Shown here: one piece after another, positions 17,520 through 27,795 of the stretch
Layout: every line of letters begins with the position of its first letter
Position numbering within the stretch: position 1 is the first letter of the stretch
Assembly: GCA_046760505.1 (NCBI GenBank)
Contig: JBHIEG010000001.1
Span: forward strand, 32,001 to 96,000
DNA length: 64,000 nt
Source of the DNA: Candidatus Hydrothermarchaeota archaeon
GTDB taxonomy: Archaea; CAYFZR01
Direction: 5' to 3'
Made by a program: the position numbers and the translations under genes
The notes under the pieces: generated by a model
What the model was told of the DNA's origin: nothing
Database searches by the model: none
The model's input: only the letters and a program-made list of their open reading frames with translations

Positions 17520-18563
17520 TCACTGGTAATACAGTTTCCAGTAATCGTCGTTTCCAACTCTTTCTTCAATATTTACGTCGTAGAAATTTTCCAATGGCTC
17601 TAGAATTTCAGGATTTTTTTCTAAAACAGTTTTTACCGCATTTCTGACTATTTCCACGCCTTTTTTGGTCATTTTACCCAGCGGTCTTCTACAAACACCT
17701 GAGTCAATTCCCAGTCCAGCCATTAGAGTCTTGCATGGTAGAGGATTTCTAAATTTTTGAGGTACCTTCTCTCTTTTCCCTCTAACTGTAAATGTTTCTT
17801 CCGTTTTCACGGTAACTACGCCAAACAGAGGAGTTAGAGCCTCCTTTAATGATCTGGCTTTATCAAGATCTCCCTCAAGGATCGCTTCGCACATTTCCTG
17901 CATTGCTCTTGGCGCCACATTTGACATCACGCTAATTACTCCTGCTCCCTTGATCTCAGGATCTGTCATTATGGTATACGTTATATCATCGTCACCTGAC
18001 AGTATAGCAAAATCTTCCGGGACAAGGGTTCTGGTCCTTTTCATCCTATCTATATTTAAAGTTGCTTCCTTTACAGCGTTAACATTGTCGTATTCATCTG
18101 CCAAGATTGCAAGATCCTCGGGTAACAATTCGCATCCGGTGCGTCCAGGAATCACGTACGGAATGACCTCTAGGTCTGGAAACTTTTCCGCTACCAGTCC
18201 ATGATATTCTTTTCTCAATTCCATTGAGGATGGTCCATTGTAATAACAATCTACCAATAAGACAGCATCTGAGCCGACGTGTTGCGCATGTTTAGTACCT
18301 TCTAACGTTTCATTTGTATTATTACTCCCTGTTCCTGAAATATTCGTTGTTCTCTCCTTTGAAAATTCTATTGCCTTTTCAATCACCTCATTATGTTCAT
18401 CCCAGCTCATCGTGGGACTTTCTCCGGTCGTTCCCATAGCCAATATTCCAGATACATTATTTTCAATCTGGTATTCTATATTTTGTTGGAATCTTTCCCA
18501 ATCTATCGAAAAATCTGTTTTCAGGGGCGTTATAAGCGCCGTATAACATCCAGAAAACCCCAT
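17520..18563 (-). CDS. dapA: 4-hydroxy-tetrahydrodipicolinate synthase
   Basis: TALITP, GTTGESPT, GTGSNNT, YYN, YVIPGRTG, VKEAT, LSGDD, GVISVMSN. Confidence 0.9.
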   Translation of the reverse strand: MGFSGCYTALITPLKTDFSIDWERFQQNIEYQIENNVSGILAMGTTGESPTMSWDEHNEVIEKAIEFSKERTTNISGTGSNNTNETLEGTKHAQHVGSDAVLLVDCYYNGPSSMELRKEYHGLVAEKFPDLEVIPYVIPGRTGCELLPEDLAILADEYDNVNAVKEATLNIDRMKRTRTLVPEDFAILSGDDDITYTIMTDPEIKGAGVISVMSNVAPRAMQEMCEAILEGDLDKARSLKEALTPLFGVVTVKTEETFTVRGKREKVPQKFRNPLPCKTLMAGLGIDSGVCRRPLGKMTKKGVEIVRNAVKTVLEKNPEILEPLENFYDVNIEERVGNDDYWKLYYQ

Positions 18564-18658
18564 AAAACCACCTCGGATTTTAATCCAGCATTCTTTATTA
18601 TTAAACTTTTTGAGGGATTGGATGGTTTTTTAAAGGGAACAAGGTATCTCGGATAATC

Positions 18659-19621
18659 TTAAGCACCGATCAATTTCATTATCTCAGCGGCAATTCTCTT
18701 CGAATCATGCCTTATCAAGATTTTTTTGCTCATAACATCCGCTTCTACAACTTCTTTTATTCCTAGATCATGTATTTCTTGGACATTGTATTTTACCGGG
18801 TAGGCTTTTTCCTTGGCGTATTCTTTTAATACTTCATCTGGGGCTTTTCCTGAGTTGACTATGACTGAATCAATTACTCCTTTTCCTAAATATCTTTCAA
18901 TCGTTTTTATATGATCTGTAGCTGTATAATCGTTTGTTTCTCCGTATTTTGTCATGAGATTGCATACATAAATTTTCTTTGCCTTAGAAAGTCTTATTGC
19001 ATCTGAAACGCCTTCTACCAAAAGGTTTGGGACAATGCTTGTGTATAAATCTCCAGGTCCTATAACAATGGAATCCGCATTTTTTATGGCTTCCAAGGTG
19101 TCTTTGTATGCTCTTGCTTTAGGATCCAAGTAAACTTCTACGATTTTTAAATCTGGATTGTGTTTCGGTATATCTATATTTGCTTCGCCCCTGATTATAC
19201 TTCCATCTTCCAGTACGGCGCATAAATCAACTTTATCTAGGGTAACAGGAAGTACTCTCCCTCTAATCTTTAAGATTTTGCTTGTTTCTTTAATGGATTG
19301 TTCATCGCTCCCCGTGATATCGGTCAATGCTGTTAAGAATAAGTTGCCAAAGCTTCGACCTTCCAAAGACCCCTTCGAAAATCTGTACTGGAATAGCTTT
19401 TTCATAAGTTCTGTTTCCTCTGACAATGCCACCAAGCATCTTCTCAAATCTCCTGGAGGCAAAACTCCATATTCATCCCTTAATCTTCCTGTATCTCCTC
19501 CACTATCCATTGTCGTTACAACAGCGGTAATGCTACATAAACCCTCTTTTGCATACTCTTTTAATCCTTTTAGCACCGTATAACTTCCTGTTCCACCACC
19601 AATCACTACTATGTTTTTCAT
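18659..19621 (-). CDS. YvcK/GlmR (UPF0052, CofD-like) family protein
   Basis: IGGGTG, DSGGDTGRLR, PPGDLRRCL, GNLFL, GPGDLYTSIVPNLL, NLMTKYGET, IRHDS. Confidence 0.88.
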   Translation of the reverse strand: MKNIVVIGGGTGSYTVLKGLKEYAKEGLCSITAVVTTMDSGGDTGRLRDEYGVLPPGDLRRCLVALSEETELMKKLFQYRFSKGSLEGRSFGNLFLTALTDITGSDEQSIKETSKILKIRGRVLPVTLDKVDLCAVLEDGSIIRGEANIDIPKHNPDLKIVEVYLDPKARAYKDTLEAIKNADSIVIGPGDLYTSIVPNLLVEGVSDAIRLSKAKKIYVCNLMTKYGETNDYTATDHIKTIERYLGKGVIDSVIVNSGKAPDEVLKEYAKEKAYPVKYNVQEIHDLGIKEVVEADVMSKKILIRHDSKRIAAEIMKLIGA

Positions 19622-19752
19622 TTTTCCTCTATTCACTATTCATTTTCAGATTAATCAGATTTACGGTGAAAAATTCGTGTCCAAAAAATAGATATGTCAT
19701 TCACCACATTCAACTTGCGGGTGAACAATATCTAAAGATTGGGGGGTCAAAA

Positions 19753-21090
19753 ATGATCAAGCTCGCTGTTTTTTCAGATTCACATCTCGGAGCAGGTCTG
19801 ACTGACTTTAGTGAAAGAAGAAATGATATAGTAAAGGGTTTCAGAGTTTTTTCAGAAAAAATAGGAGAATCAAACCCAGATGGATTAATATTCACAGGTG
19901 ATCTATTCCATGAGGTTTATCCGAGAAAACCTTCTCACTTCAACTTCGCAATTCGGGAGTTTACATGGCTGGGGGAAAAACTCTCAGATAAATGCACGGT
20001 AACATCTGTACATGAGAATAAAAAAGTTCCCCCTCTTTTCATGATTCATGGAAATCACGATGGAACAAGAGATCCAGATAGCCCGGCAAAATACTCAAGT
20101 ATTCTCGAACTATTTGAGATTTTTCAAATTGCTAACTACACAGATCTTTATGTAACAGAAGAAATTACCGAACCCAAGATTTTTTTGATGGAAGATAAGG
20201 ATGTAAAATTAGGCATTCAGGGATTTGGATACAGACATCCCAATGTGGCCAGGAATCTGTTGAAAGAATTTACTCCAATGGATGATGTGGACTATAATTT
20301 ACTTCTGATGCATCAAACCATAGAGGGATTGCAAACACCTACAACGCCTATTCAAGGACTACTTCAAGAAGAAATCGTCGAACTAGGATTTGACGTAATA
20401 ATAGATGGACACATCCATAGGCCACTAGATCCTGTTCCTAAGATTCGAGATACCTTAATAATCCTCCCAGGTAGCACGGAAAGAATTGATTCAGGAGAAA
20501 TAGGTGAGAAGAAGGGTTATTTCATTTTAGAATTTGGTAAAAATGGAATAAACACGATATTCAAAGAAATAGATCTAGACTCTGAAGTTCGAAGACTACA
20601 TAGGATAAGGGTGAATATAGCAGATTTTGTTGGTAGAGAGATACTTGATGAAGCCATAAAAGAGGTCAAATCAAAGTTAAAAGATCCATTAAATGCGTAT
20701 GTAGTGATAGATTTACTGGGAAAAGTGAGAGAATCTGTTTCTCCAGAAATAAGATCCAGCATTGCTAATGCAGTAGAAAAGATGGGTGTTGCTCATGTGG
20801 TAATACGGGATAAGACTAAGGCGAAAACTTTGCCTTTGCTTAGTGTTGGGGAGTCTAAAACAATAGAGATAGGGGAAGACTTATTCAAAAAACTATTAGA
20901 AGAAAAACCACTTAAAACCAAGGATAAAAAGCCAATAAGAGATGAAGAAATCATAAAAAAACTAGCAGGCTTAACTTACAAAGTCTTTGAAGCCTCCAAA
21001 AGCGATAATGAGGAAGAAACGAAGAAACTCTTTACTGAAGATCTCAGAAAAATCGTGAAGGACCTAAAAGAAAGGGAGGAGCATTCATGA
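19753..21090 (+). CDS. mre11: Mre11/SbcD nuclease
   Basis: DSHLG, GDLFH, GNHD, MHQ, GHIH, PGSTER. Start ATG 19753 after GGGGGT; ATGA overlap with rad50. Confidence 0.85.
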   Translation: MIKLAVFSDSHLGAGLTDFSERRNDIVKGFRVFSEKIGESNPDGLIFTGDLFHEVYPRKPSHFNFAIREFTWLGEKLSDKCTVTSVHENKKVPPLFMIHGNHDGTRDPDSPAKYSSILELFEIFQIANYTDLYVTEEITEPKIFLMEDKDVKLGIQGFGYRHPNVARNLLKEFTPMDDVDYNLLLMHQTIEGLQTPTTPIQGLLQEEIVELGFDVIIDGHIHRPLDPVPKIRDTLIILPGSTERIDSGEIGEKKGYFILEFGKNGINTIFKEIDLDSEVRRLHRIRVNIADFVGREILDEAIKEVKSKLKDPLNAYVVIDLLGKVRESVSPEIRSSIANAVEKMGVAHVVIRDKTKAKTLPLLSVGESKTIEIGEDLFKKLLEEKPLKTKDKKPIRDEEIIKKLAGLTYKVFEASKSDNEEETKKLFTEDLRKIVKDLKEREEHS

Positions 21091-23321
21091 TCATCAAGGA
21101 GGTAAACGCAATAAATATAAAGACTCATACTGCAAACACTCCTCCTATAAAATTTCAAAGAGGGTTAAACGTTCTTTTAGGAAGAGTTGGCTCTGGGAAG
21201 AGTACCATCCTCGATTCCATCATGTTTGGATTGTACGGATGGAGGGGGATTAAATTTAAGAATCTAATTACGAAGGGTAAGTCTGATTTTAGAATAGAAA
21301 TAATATTTGAGCATGAGGGAAAAGATTACAGGGTTGTTAGAGGGGAAGAAGACTATCTCGAGCTTTTGGATAACGGTTATCGGATTGCAAGCGGACACAG
21401 GAAAGTTACCGAGGAAATAGAGAGAATCGTTGGTATTTCCAGAGATCAGTTCCAAAATCTTTTTTACGCGACTCAGGGGGAGATAGCAAGACTGATAACA
21501 GGCTCTCCTGAAGAGAGACAGAAGATAATAGACCGTTTGTTGGGATTGGAGTCTTTGAGAGAAGCATATGATTGGTTAAAAGAGCCAGCGAAAGCCAATC
21601 AGGATGATTTAAATAAATTAAAGGAGGAAATTGCCAGACTTGATGGAAGGCTCCAAGGTAGATCGCTTGAACAACTAGAAGAGGAGAAAAGAGAAAAAGA
21701 GAAATTGGTAGAAGATTTTGCCTCCCAAATCGAGGAACTGGAGGATAAAATAAAGAAAATAGAAGAATCTTTATCGAGTATCAAAGAGAAGGTAAAAGAA
21801 TGCGAAGAGTTTAAAGAGGAAATAGAAAAACTAAACAAGAAAATAGAGCAAATAAACATAGAAATTAACGTTTTAAGAGAAGAACTATCAAGATTGGATC
21901 CTGCTAGCATTAAGAAAGAAATTGAACACCTAAAAAATGATTTGGAAAAACTAGAAGGTAAGATAGAAAGGTTAAGCGATGAGGAAAAATTTTTGATCCG
22001 TGAGAGAGATCACAGTATAGTGGTTCTTGAGGGTTCTTTTTCCCAAATAAAAGAAGAACTAGATACCGAAATTAAAAATATTCGGGAAGAATATGAATAT
22101 ATGAAGGGTCAAATGGATGAAAAGAGAGGTGAGGCAAAAAAAATAGTAAAGCAGAAAAAAGAGCTAGAAAAATTAGAGGCTGGTCCAGATGCTCTTTGTC
22201 CTTTGTGCAGAAGGCCCCTCACCGAAGAACACAAGAAAAAAGTCATAGAAGAACTAGAACTAGAATTGGACAAACTAAAAGCAAAGATCAATGTTTTTGA
22301 GGAAGAAGTTAAGGAAAAAAGCAATATTTTAAAAGAAAAAGAGAATACAAAGAAAGAAAGGGAAGAATCGATTAGGAAAGAGATTAAGGAGAAATACGAT
22401 GAATATGAAGCTAAACTAAATTCTGTGAGAGAGGATTTGAGAAAACTCAGAGATCTGTATTCCAGCAAAAAGACGAGAAAAGATGAGCTAGAAAAAAAGT
22501 TAGAAGAGACTACAGCACGCAAACAAGAATATGTTAGTAAAATAAAGGAATATGAACTTGAAAAAAATCATATCTCACTAGAACTTAATGGAGTGATAAG
22601 AGATTCAATAAGTAGACTTGGAATTGAAGGACTCAGTCCCATCGAAGAGTTGACTCAACTAAAACAGAATTTTGAAGAGGAAAGATCTAAACTAACCTCC
22701 GATAAAGAAAACTTGAGTGTACTCAAAACAAAAATAGAAAGCGATCTCAAGGTATTGAACAGGGAGATCGAAGAACTAAAGAGTTTAATCGAGGATGCAA
22801 AGGCAAAAGAAGAGAAGAAAAAAGATTTAGATGTAGTTGAAGAAGCCAACCATTTAGCAGGGGATATAAGAGAAAAATTTAAGGAAGCAAGAGAACTCAT
22901 CCGTGTAGAAAGCCTTAAAGTCCTTCAAGCACAACTTGAAGACCTTTTCTTGGGAGACAACAGACTATACGTTCATGGAGATTTTCATAAGGTAAATCTC
23001 AAAGAAAACTATGAAATAACTGTAGAGAATCCCTACGGGGAGATTTCCATAGATACTTTATCAGGAGGTCAAAAAGCCATTGTCAGTCTAGCATTTAGAT
23101 TTGCGGTCGCGAAAGCTCTTGCAAAAAACTTCGAGACTTGGCTGGTGGACGAGCCTACAGAAAGTCTGGGAGACGAAGACGTAGACCAATTGGCTAACGT
23201 TTTGGCTTATATACAAGAGATTCCTCAGATCATAGTGGCTACACATCATCCTGAACTGGCAAGAAACGCTCACGCAATAAGAGTTTATATCGAAAATGGC
23301 GAGACTAAGATCGAGTATTGA
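21087..23321 (+). CDS. rad50: Rad50/SbcC SMC-like ATPase
   Basis: Walker A GRVGSGKST, Q-loop TQGEI, coiled coils, zinc hook CPLC, signature LSGGQ, Walker B/D-loop LVDEPT, H-loop ATHH. Confidence 0.9.
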   Translation: MIIKEVNAINIKTHTANTPPIKFQRGLNVLLGRVGSGKSTILDSIMFGLYGWRGIKFKNLITKGKSDFRIEIIFEHEGKDYRVVRGEEDYLELLDNGYRIASGHRKVTEEIERIVGISRDQFQNLFYATQGEIARLITGSPEERQKIIDRLLGLESLREAYDWLKEPAKANQDDLNKLKEEIARLDGRLQGRSLEQLEEEKREKEKLVEDFASQIEELEDKIKKIEESLSSIKEKVKECEEFKEEIEKLNKKIEQINIEINVLREELSRLDPASIKKEIEHLKNDLEKLEGKIERLSDEEKFLIRERDHSIVVLEGSFSQIKEELDTEIKNIREEYEYMKGQMDEKRGEAKKIVKQKKELEKLEAGPDALCPLCRRPLTEEHKKKVIEELELELDKLKAKINVFEEEVKEKSNILKEKENTKKEREESIRKEIKEKYDEYEAKLNSVREDLRKLRDLYSSKKTRKDELEKKLEETTARKQEYVSKIKEYELEKNHISLELNGVIRDSISRLGIEGLSPIEELTQLKQNFEEERSKLTSDKENLSVLKTKIESDLKVLNREIEELKSLIEDAKAKEEKKKDLDVVEEANHLAGDIREKFKEARELIRVESLKVLQAQLEDLFLGDNRLYVHGDFHKVNLKENYEITVENPYGEISIDTLSGGQKAIVSLAFRFAVAKALAKNFETWLVDEPTESLGDEDVDQLANVLAYIQEIPQIIVATHHPELARNAHAIRVYIENGETKIEY

Positions 23322-26300
23322 ATTTGATTTTTTTAGATACGTCTCTAGGTTTAATAACTTCCCCCCTTTGCTTCGATACTGTTTTCACACTTATGTAGGT
23401 CCCCAGTCTCTTAGCCTCATTTATGTATCCCAAAAGCGCGTTTTTGGCGCCTATTTGATCTCCTACTTTTTCCAGGGTAGTGGAGTCCCCTATAACAATT
23501 AATTTCTTCTTGCACCTAGACATTGCCACATTCAATCTTCTTAAATCTCCTAAGAAACCTATTTCACCCTCGTCGTTACTACGAACAAGAGAGAGAAGCA
23601 CTATATCGTGTTCTCTTCCTTGGTAAGAATCTATGGTTCCTGATCTTATTTCCCTCTTTAAGTAGGTTTTTATCCAGTTATTCTGCCTTTGATACGGTGT
23701 TAAGAGCAATATATCATCGGTTGCATGTCTTAATAAATCTATGATAGAGGCTGCGATTACAGCCTCTAGAGGGTTGGATTTGCTATAATCACCTGATTCT
23801 CGACAAGAACCTAAAGTATCGATGAAAATTAAGGTATTTTTAGGATCAGAACATAATTTCAAGATTTTTGGTGTTATTTCAGCCTTTAAATCCATTTCTT
23901 TCAGGATTTCGTTGTACTTGCTTGCTATTCCTTCAAGATCTATGTTCAAAATCTCTTTGTGATGGTGGTTTTCTTTTGGTCCTGGATCGTTTTTTAACTT
24001 CGAATCGTAAAAATATTTTGAGAGATATTCTCCAACTTCATGGGGACATCTGTACTGAACGTCTAACATTCTGTAGGGGTGGTATGATTTTTTCTTTTCC
24101 AAGTGTTCAATTACCTGATCAAACCAAGATCTCATAAGCCTCTTAGCATCTTTATCCTCCAAAACAGGCTCCAATTGTTTATGATCTCCAATTAAAATCC
24201 ACTTTTTAGCAAAAATTCCAGGTATTATGGCTGTTGGTAAAATACATTGGGTGGCTTCATCTAAGAAGAGAACATCAAAAGGTTGTTGAGAGAAGTGAGG
24301 ATAATCTTTTTCATGAGGGAACTCTGCAAAGGCAGAGTAAAATGCGTCGCTGAAGGCTGATACAATTGTGACTCCCACAAGATCTGCTTCTTTCAGTTTT
24401 TTTATTTCTTCCAGATTTTCTTCTAAGGTGTCTATTATTTCTACTCCTTTTAGGTGTCTTACTGCTTCCGGTTTTCCAACCCTGACTATTCTAGCACTGA
24501 TTTTTTTCTCATTCATCAGTTCAACTATCTTCTCTAGCGCATTATCAACCGCATTGTTGGTAAAAGAGGCAATTAAGACTTTTTTACCTTTTTTTAAAAG
24601 TTCTAGTGAGGCATAGGCGATTACAGTTGTTTTTCCTGAGCCAAAAGGACCATGAACGACTCCGTACTCTGATTCCATCATAAATCCCACTGCCTGCTCT
24701 TGACTTGGATTTAAACCAATTTTTGTATCTTTTTTTATGGAAATAGCCTTTGAAGGGTTTTTCAATAACTCTTTAAACCTCAAAAAGTGATTTCTTGTTT
24801 CTTCGTTGATCGAAAACAATTCTGGTGCCTCGAGGATGGAGAGCGCAAACTTAGATCTCCTTGAAAGATCTATGAATGAGCCATCGATTCTAAGATTTTT
24901 CCTGTTGGTAATAACAGGAGATGGCTTTTCTAGGAAGCGAACTCTAATCGAATAGGGTTTTATATCCTCGATTAGAGCACTGCACCAACCATGACGTGGA
25001 TTGAATCCTGAAATACGAATGTAAGCTCCATTGAAGAAATAAGGTGTTCTTTTCGTGGGTTTGTCTGATTTTAAAATACCTAGATCATGATGTACTGACT
25101 CTAAATATAAATTCGAGAGGGTAGTACCCTGAAATTCTAGCTCAGCTAAGGGTAATTCGCCCAGATTAATCAACCTTTTGAGCTGAGTCTCTTGTTCGAA
25201 ATCGATTCCGTTGCGCATTTTAGAAAATTCTTTTTCAAGAGTAAGACGGTTCATGTTGGAGCAAATAACCTCTTTCTGACATTCTTCGCATTTTTTGCTC
25301 TCTGGTTCATAAACGTTTATCGGAGGATTGTTAGCGGTTGACCAGTAAATGTATTCATCCCTGTTCCACAATAATTTCTTTAAGAAAATCTCTTTTTCTT
25401 CTTCTTTTACGGTATATTTCTCTATAAGGCTTCCATCTCTCAAATCAAATGCAAACAAATGAGCTTGGGACTCAGTTAAACCTATAGCATCTTCCATCAA
25501 AACTCTGTAGGCGTTCGCCTGTGTACTTCCCCTGAATACAGCTGGGCTTAGAAAATCCTTGTAATTTTCAACATTTTCCGTAAACTTCTGTTCTACGACT
25601 CTCCCTGTTTTTTTCTTACCTTTGTACTTTACGGCTATTGCATCCGCCCTTCCTATGAACCCAAATCTTGGGCTCATCAACGAATACTCTGACCAGGTAT
25701 AGGATTCCGGATCTCCTTCTGATATCCAGCAAAAAAGATCGTATGCTGTATCTGCATAACTATTTAATCGTGTTAGTGCATTTTTTATTAATTCTTTCGT
25801 TTTGATCCTTTGAGAATGCCTTTCTATCTCTGCATTGGCTTTCTTTAATCCTACATCTATGGCTTCTTCGATATTTTTTCCAGATTTAAATTCTTCCCAT
25901 GTAGCATTCCAGAATTCTTGAAAAATCATGTGGTTAATTCTACCAAGAATCTGCTTTTCTGTAGGCTTAAATTGGATTCCAAATCTTTGGGTTAAAAATA
26001 TTTCCATTGGACAAAAAAACAGAGCAGAATCAACGTTAACCAATCTGTCTAGGGCAATGGTAATCGGAGGACCGTTTCTCCAGAATCCATATCTGTCTTT
26101 GCGAGGTATTTGCCATTTGAACCATTCGTTAGGCTCTGGGGTCCTATGAAACAATAATCTCGTTCCGATGCGTAGTATCTTTCGATCATAGAATTCAATG
26201 AGACTCGGATAGGTTCCATCATAATCATCTGGTTGTGAAAAAAATACGGGAATTTTATCCTTGTTCTCAAGTTCAAGAAGAACTCTGATGTAAGGGTTTC

Positions 26301-26358
26301 CGTTTCTATCTACTTCTCTAACGGCTTGTAGGATAGTTCCTATGATGCCAAAAACCAT
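23305..26358 (-). CDS. Dna2-like protein: PD-(D/E)xK Fe-S nuclease fused to Upf1/Dna2-type SF1B helicase
   Basis: Nuclease: FCP, GRINH, GRADAI, VEQK, QANAY, CEEC.....C. Helicase: LNPSQ, GPFGSGKT, TNNAVDN, DEATQ, GDHKQL, QYRC, TPYQRQ, TIDSYQGRE, RRLNVAMSR. Confidence 0.88.
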   Translation of the reverse strand: MVFGIIGTILQAVREVDRNGNPYIRVLLELENKDKIPVFFSQPDDYDGTYPSLIEFYDRKILRIGTRLLFHRTPEPNEWFKWQIPRKDRYGFWRNGPPITIALDRLVNVDSALFFCPMEIFLTQRFGIQFKPTEKQILGRINHMIFQEFWNATWEEFKSGKNIEEAIDVGLKKANAEIERHSQRIKTKELIKNALTRLNSYADTAYDLFCWISEGDPESYTWSEYSLMSPRFGFIGRADAIAVKYKGKKKTGRVVEQKFTENVENYKDFLSPAVFRGSTQANAYRVLMEDAIGLTESQAHLFAFDLRDGSLIEKYTVKEEEKEIFLKKLLWNRDEYIYWSTANNPPINVYEPESKKCEECQKEVICSNMNRLTLEKEFSKMRNGIDFEQETQLKRLINLGELPLAELEFQGTTLSNLYLESVHHDLGILKSDKPTKRTPYFFNGAYIRISGFNPRHGWCSALIEDIKPYSIRVRFLEKPSPVITNRKNLRIDGSFIDLSRRSKFALSILEAPELFSINEETRNHFLRFKELLKNPSKAISIKKDTKIGLNPSQEQAVGFMMESEYGVVHGPFGSGKTTVIAYASLELLKKGKKVLIASFTNNAVDNALEKIVELMNEKKISARIVRVGKPEAVRHLKGVEIIDTLEENLEEIKKLKEADLVGVTIVSAFSDAFYSAFAEFPHEKDYPHFSQQPFDVLFLDEATQCILPTAIIPGIFAKKWILIGDHKQLEPVLEDKDAKRLMRSWFDQVIEHLEKKKSYHPYRMLDVQYRCPHEVGEYLSKYFYDSKLKNDPGPKENHHHKEILNIDLEGIASKYNEILKEMDLKAEITPKILKLCSDPKNTLIFIDTLGSCRESGDYSKSNPLEAVIAASIIDLLRHATDDILLLTPYQRQNNWIKTYLKREIRSGTIDSYQGREHDIVLLSLVRSNDEGEIGFLGDLRRLNVAMSRCKKKLIVIGDSTTLEKVGDQIGAKNALLGYINEAKRLGTYISVKTVSKQRGEVIKPRDVSKKIKFNTRS

Positions 26359-26475
26359 GAAAAGCCCCTAACCTTTTTTAGAAAAATGCCTTATTAATGT
26401 TGGGATCGTATCTTTCAATACCTACCTTATACCAATATTATACAATATTTGTGCTATAAAATGCCCATCTTGACT

Positions 26476-26736
26476 TTATTTTATAATTTTTCCGGTTCTC
26501 GGATCGATCCAGAAATAATGATATTTAATTGGTTCTCTTGGCGGTGGTAGGTCGGAATTCCATTTATCAGATTTTGCCTTGAAAACGCGATCTAGGGTGA
26601 AAAATTCGTGTTCCCATATTCTTAACTTACTTCGCTCCTCCTCGCTTAAACAAAAGACCCTTATTTTCTTACCCTTGGGTAACCTTGATAAGTCGATATC
26701 GTGTTTATACCCGCACTCAGGGCATTCTATAATCAT
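26476..26736 (-). CDS. Small zinc-ribbon-like protein (MJ0042-type first knuckle)
   Basis: MIIECPECG...IDLSRLPKGKKIRVFC; AAGGTGA RBS upstream. Confidence 0.6.
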   Translation of the reverse strand: MIIECPECGYKHDIDLSRLPKGKKIRVFCLSEEERSKLRIWEHEFFTLDRVFKAKSDKWNSDLPPPREPIKYHYFWIDPRTGKIIK

Positions 26737-26768
26737 GGTATCACCTTCTCTTAGATTTTAAAAACGCT

Positions 26769-27041
26769 TTAGTAAATCAGAGCGTATTTGTGAGTTAAAA
26801 ACGTCGAAATTATCGTTATCATGGTGGTTAGGGCAAAGGATACATGAATCCTTCTGATTATCCTTTCATTTGATATCAGGAGAGAAAAACCTGAAATCGA
26901 AAGCACGGAAAATCCAACCAGACTAAGATAGGCAAAGAGATGATGCCAGTCTACTGGCCTAGGCTTTTGATAGTAGAGTGCCCAGATGAAGAGAATACTT
27001 ATTAAATAAGTTAGAACAGTAATTGCAAGGGTTTTCTTCAT
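26769..27041 (-). CDS. Small membrane protein
   Basis: Three hydrophobic segments with His residues; 4 bp downstream of the nitroreductase gene. Confidence 0.6.
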   Translation of the reverse strand: MKKTLAITVLTYLISILFIWALYYQKPRPVDWHHLFAYLSLVGFSVLSISGFSLLISNERIIRRIHVSFALTTMITIISTFLTHKYALIY

Positions 27042-27045
27042 ATCA

Positions 27046-27723
27046 TCACCTCTTATGCCCTACAGGCATTATATAGATGGGTTTATGATCTGATGGAAGT
27101 TTGAGGACTTCTTGGACTTCATCATCGTAAAAAGCTCCAACTACCGTTGTTCCTAAGTTTAAAGAAACGCATTGAAGGTATATATTCTGGGCAACATGTC
27201 CTGCTTCCATGTAAACATATCTTTCTCCTCTCTCACCATATTTCCTCTTCGTCCTTTCGAATACAGCTGTGATTATAATGTCGACGGGGGCCTCTCTAAC
27301 CCATTCCTGATCTAAAGCTGCTTTTGAAAGGTTTTTTCTAACATCTCCAGCGTATTTTTGCTCCAACGAATGAGTCCAAGGATCGTAGTGATATATTCCT
27401 TCTTTCGTTACTACGTATATTTCCATAGGGTAAAGAGCTCCAGCCGAGGGTGCAGTTCTGAATCCTTTTGGTCTGTACGTTATTCCTTGAGCCGCCCAGA
27501 GAATCTGTGAAATTTCCTCTAAACTGAGATTCTTCTCACTGTATTCTCTTATGGATCTTCTCTCAAGGATTGCTTCCTCTACAGATTTATTGCTTGTATA
27601 ACGAGGCTCAGGAAGCATGATTATCTTGTCTACTTCTTTTAATTCTCTCTTTTCAGTTATGCAGAGGCTTGTGGGCAGAATTAAGATGATTGAAAGGCAT
27701 ATTGCATTTATATTTCGATACAT
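27046..27723 (-). CDS. SagB/ThcOx-family nitroreductase with N-terminal signal/anchor
   Basis: RRSIREY, LWAAQGIT, RTAPSAGALYP, EAGHVAQN, VGAFYD. Confidence 0.9.
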   Translation of the reverse strand: MYRNINAICLSIILILPTSLCITEKRELKEVDKIIMLPEPRYTSNKSVEEAILERRSIREYSEKNLSLEEISQILWAAQGITYRPKGFRTAPSAGALYPMEIYVVTKEGIYHYDPWTHSLEQKYAGDVRKNLSKAALDQEWVREAPVDIIITAVFERTKRKYGERGERYVYMEAGHVAQNIYLQCVSLNLGTTVVGAFYDDEVQEVLKLPSDHKPIYIMPVGHKR

Positions 27724-27795
27724 TTTCCAATCTAATGAAGTTATTCGGTTTATCGATAAAAGTGTTTCTTTGTTAGGAAATTTGAATCTTTAAGA

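Noticed and set aside
19549-19752. N-terminal extension of Mre11
   Set aside because: Overlaps the divergent yvcK-like gene; motif I follows ATG 19753, which has an RBS.
23305-26358. Cas4-like motifs as evidence of a CRISPR-Cas locus
   Set aside because: The nuclease is fused to a Dna2-type helicase; no cas1/cas2 or repeat-spacer array was seen.
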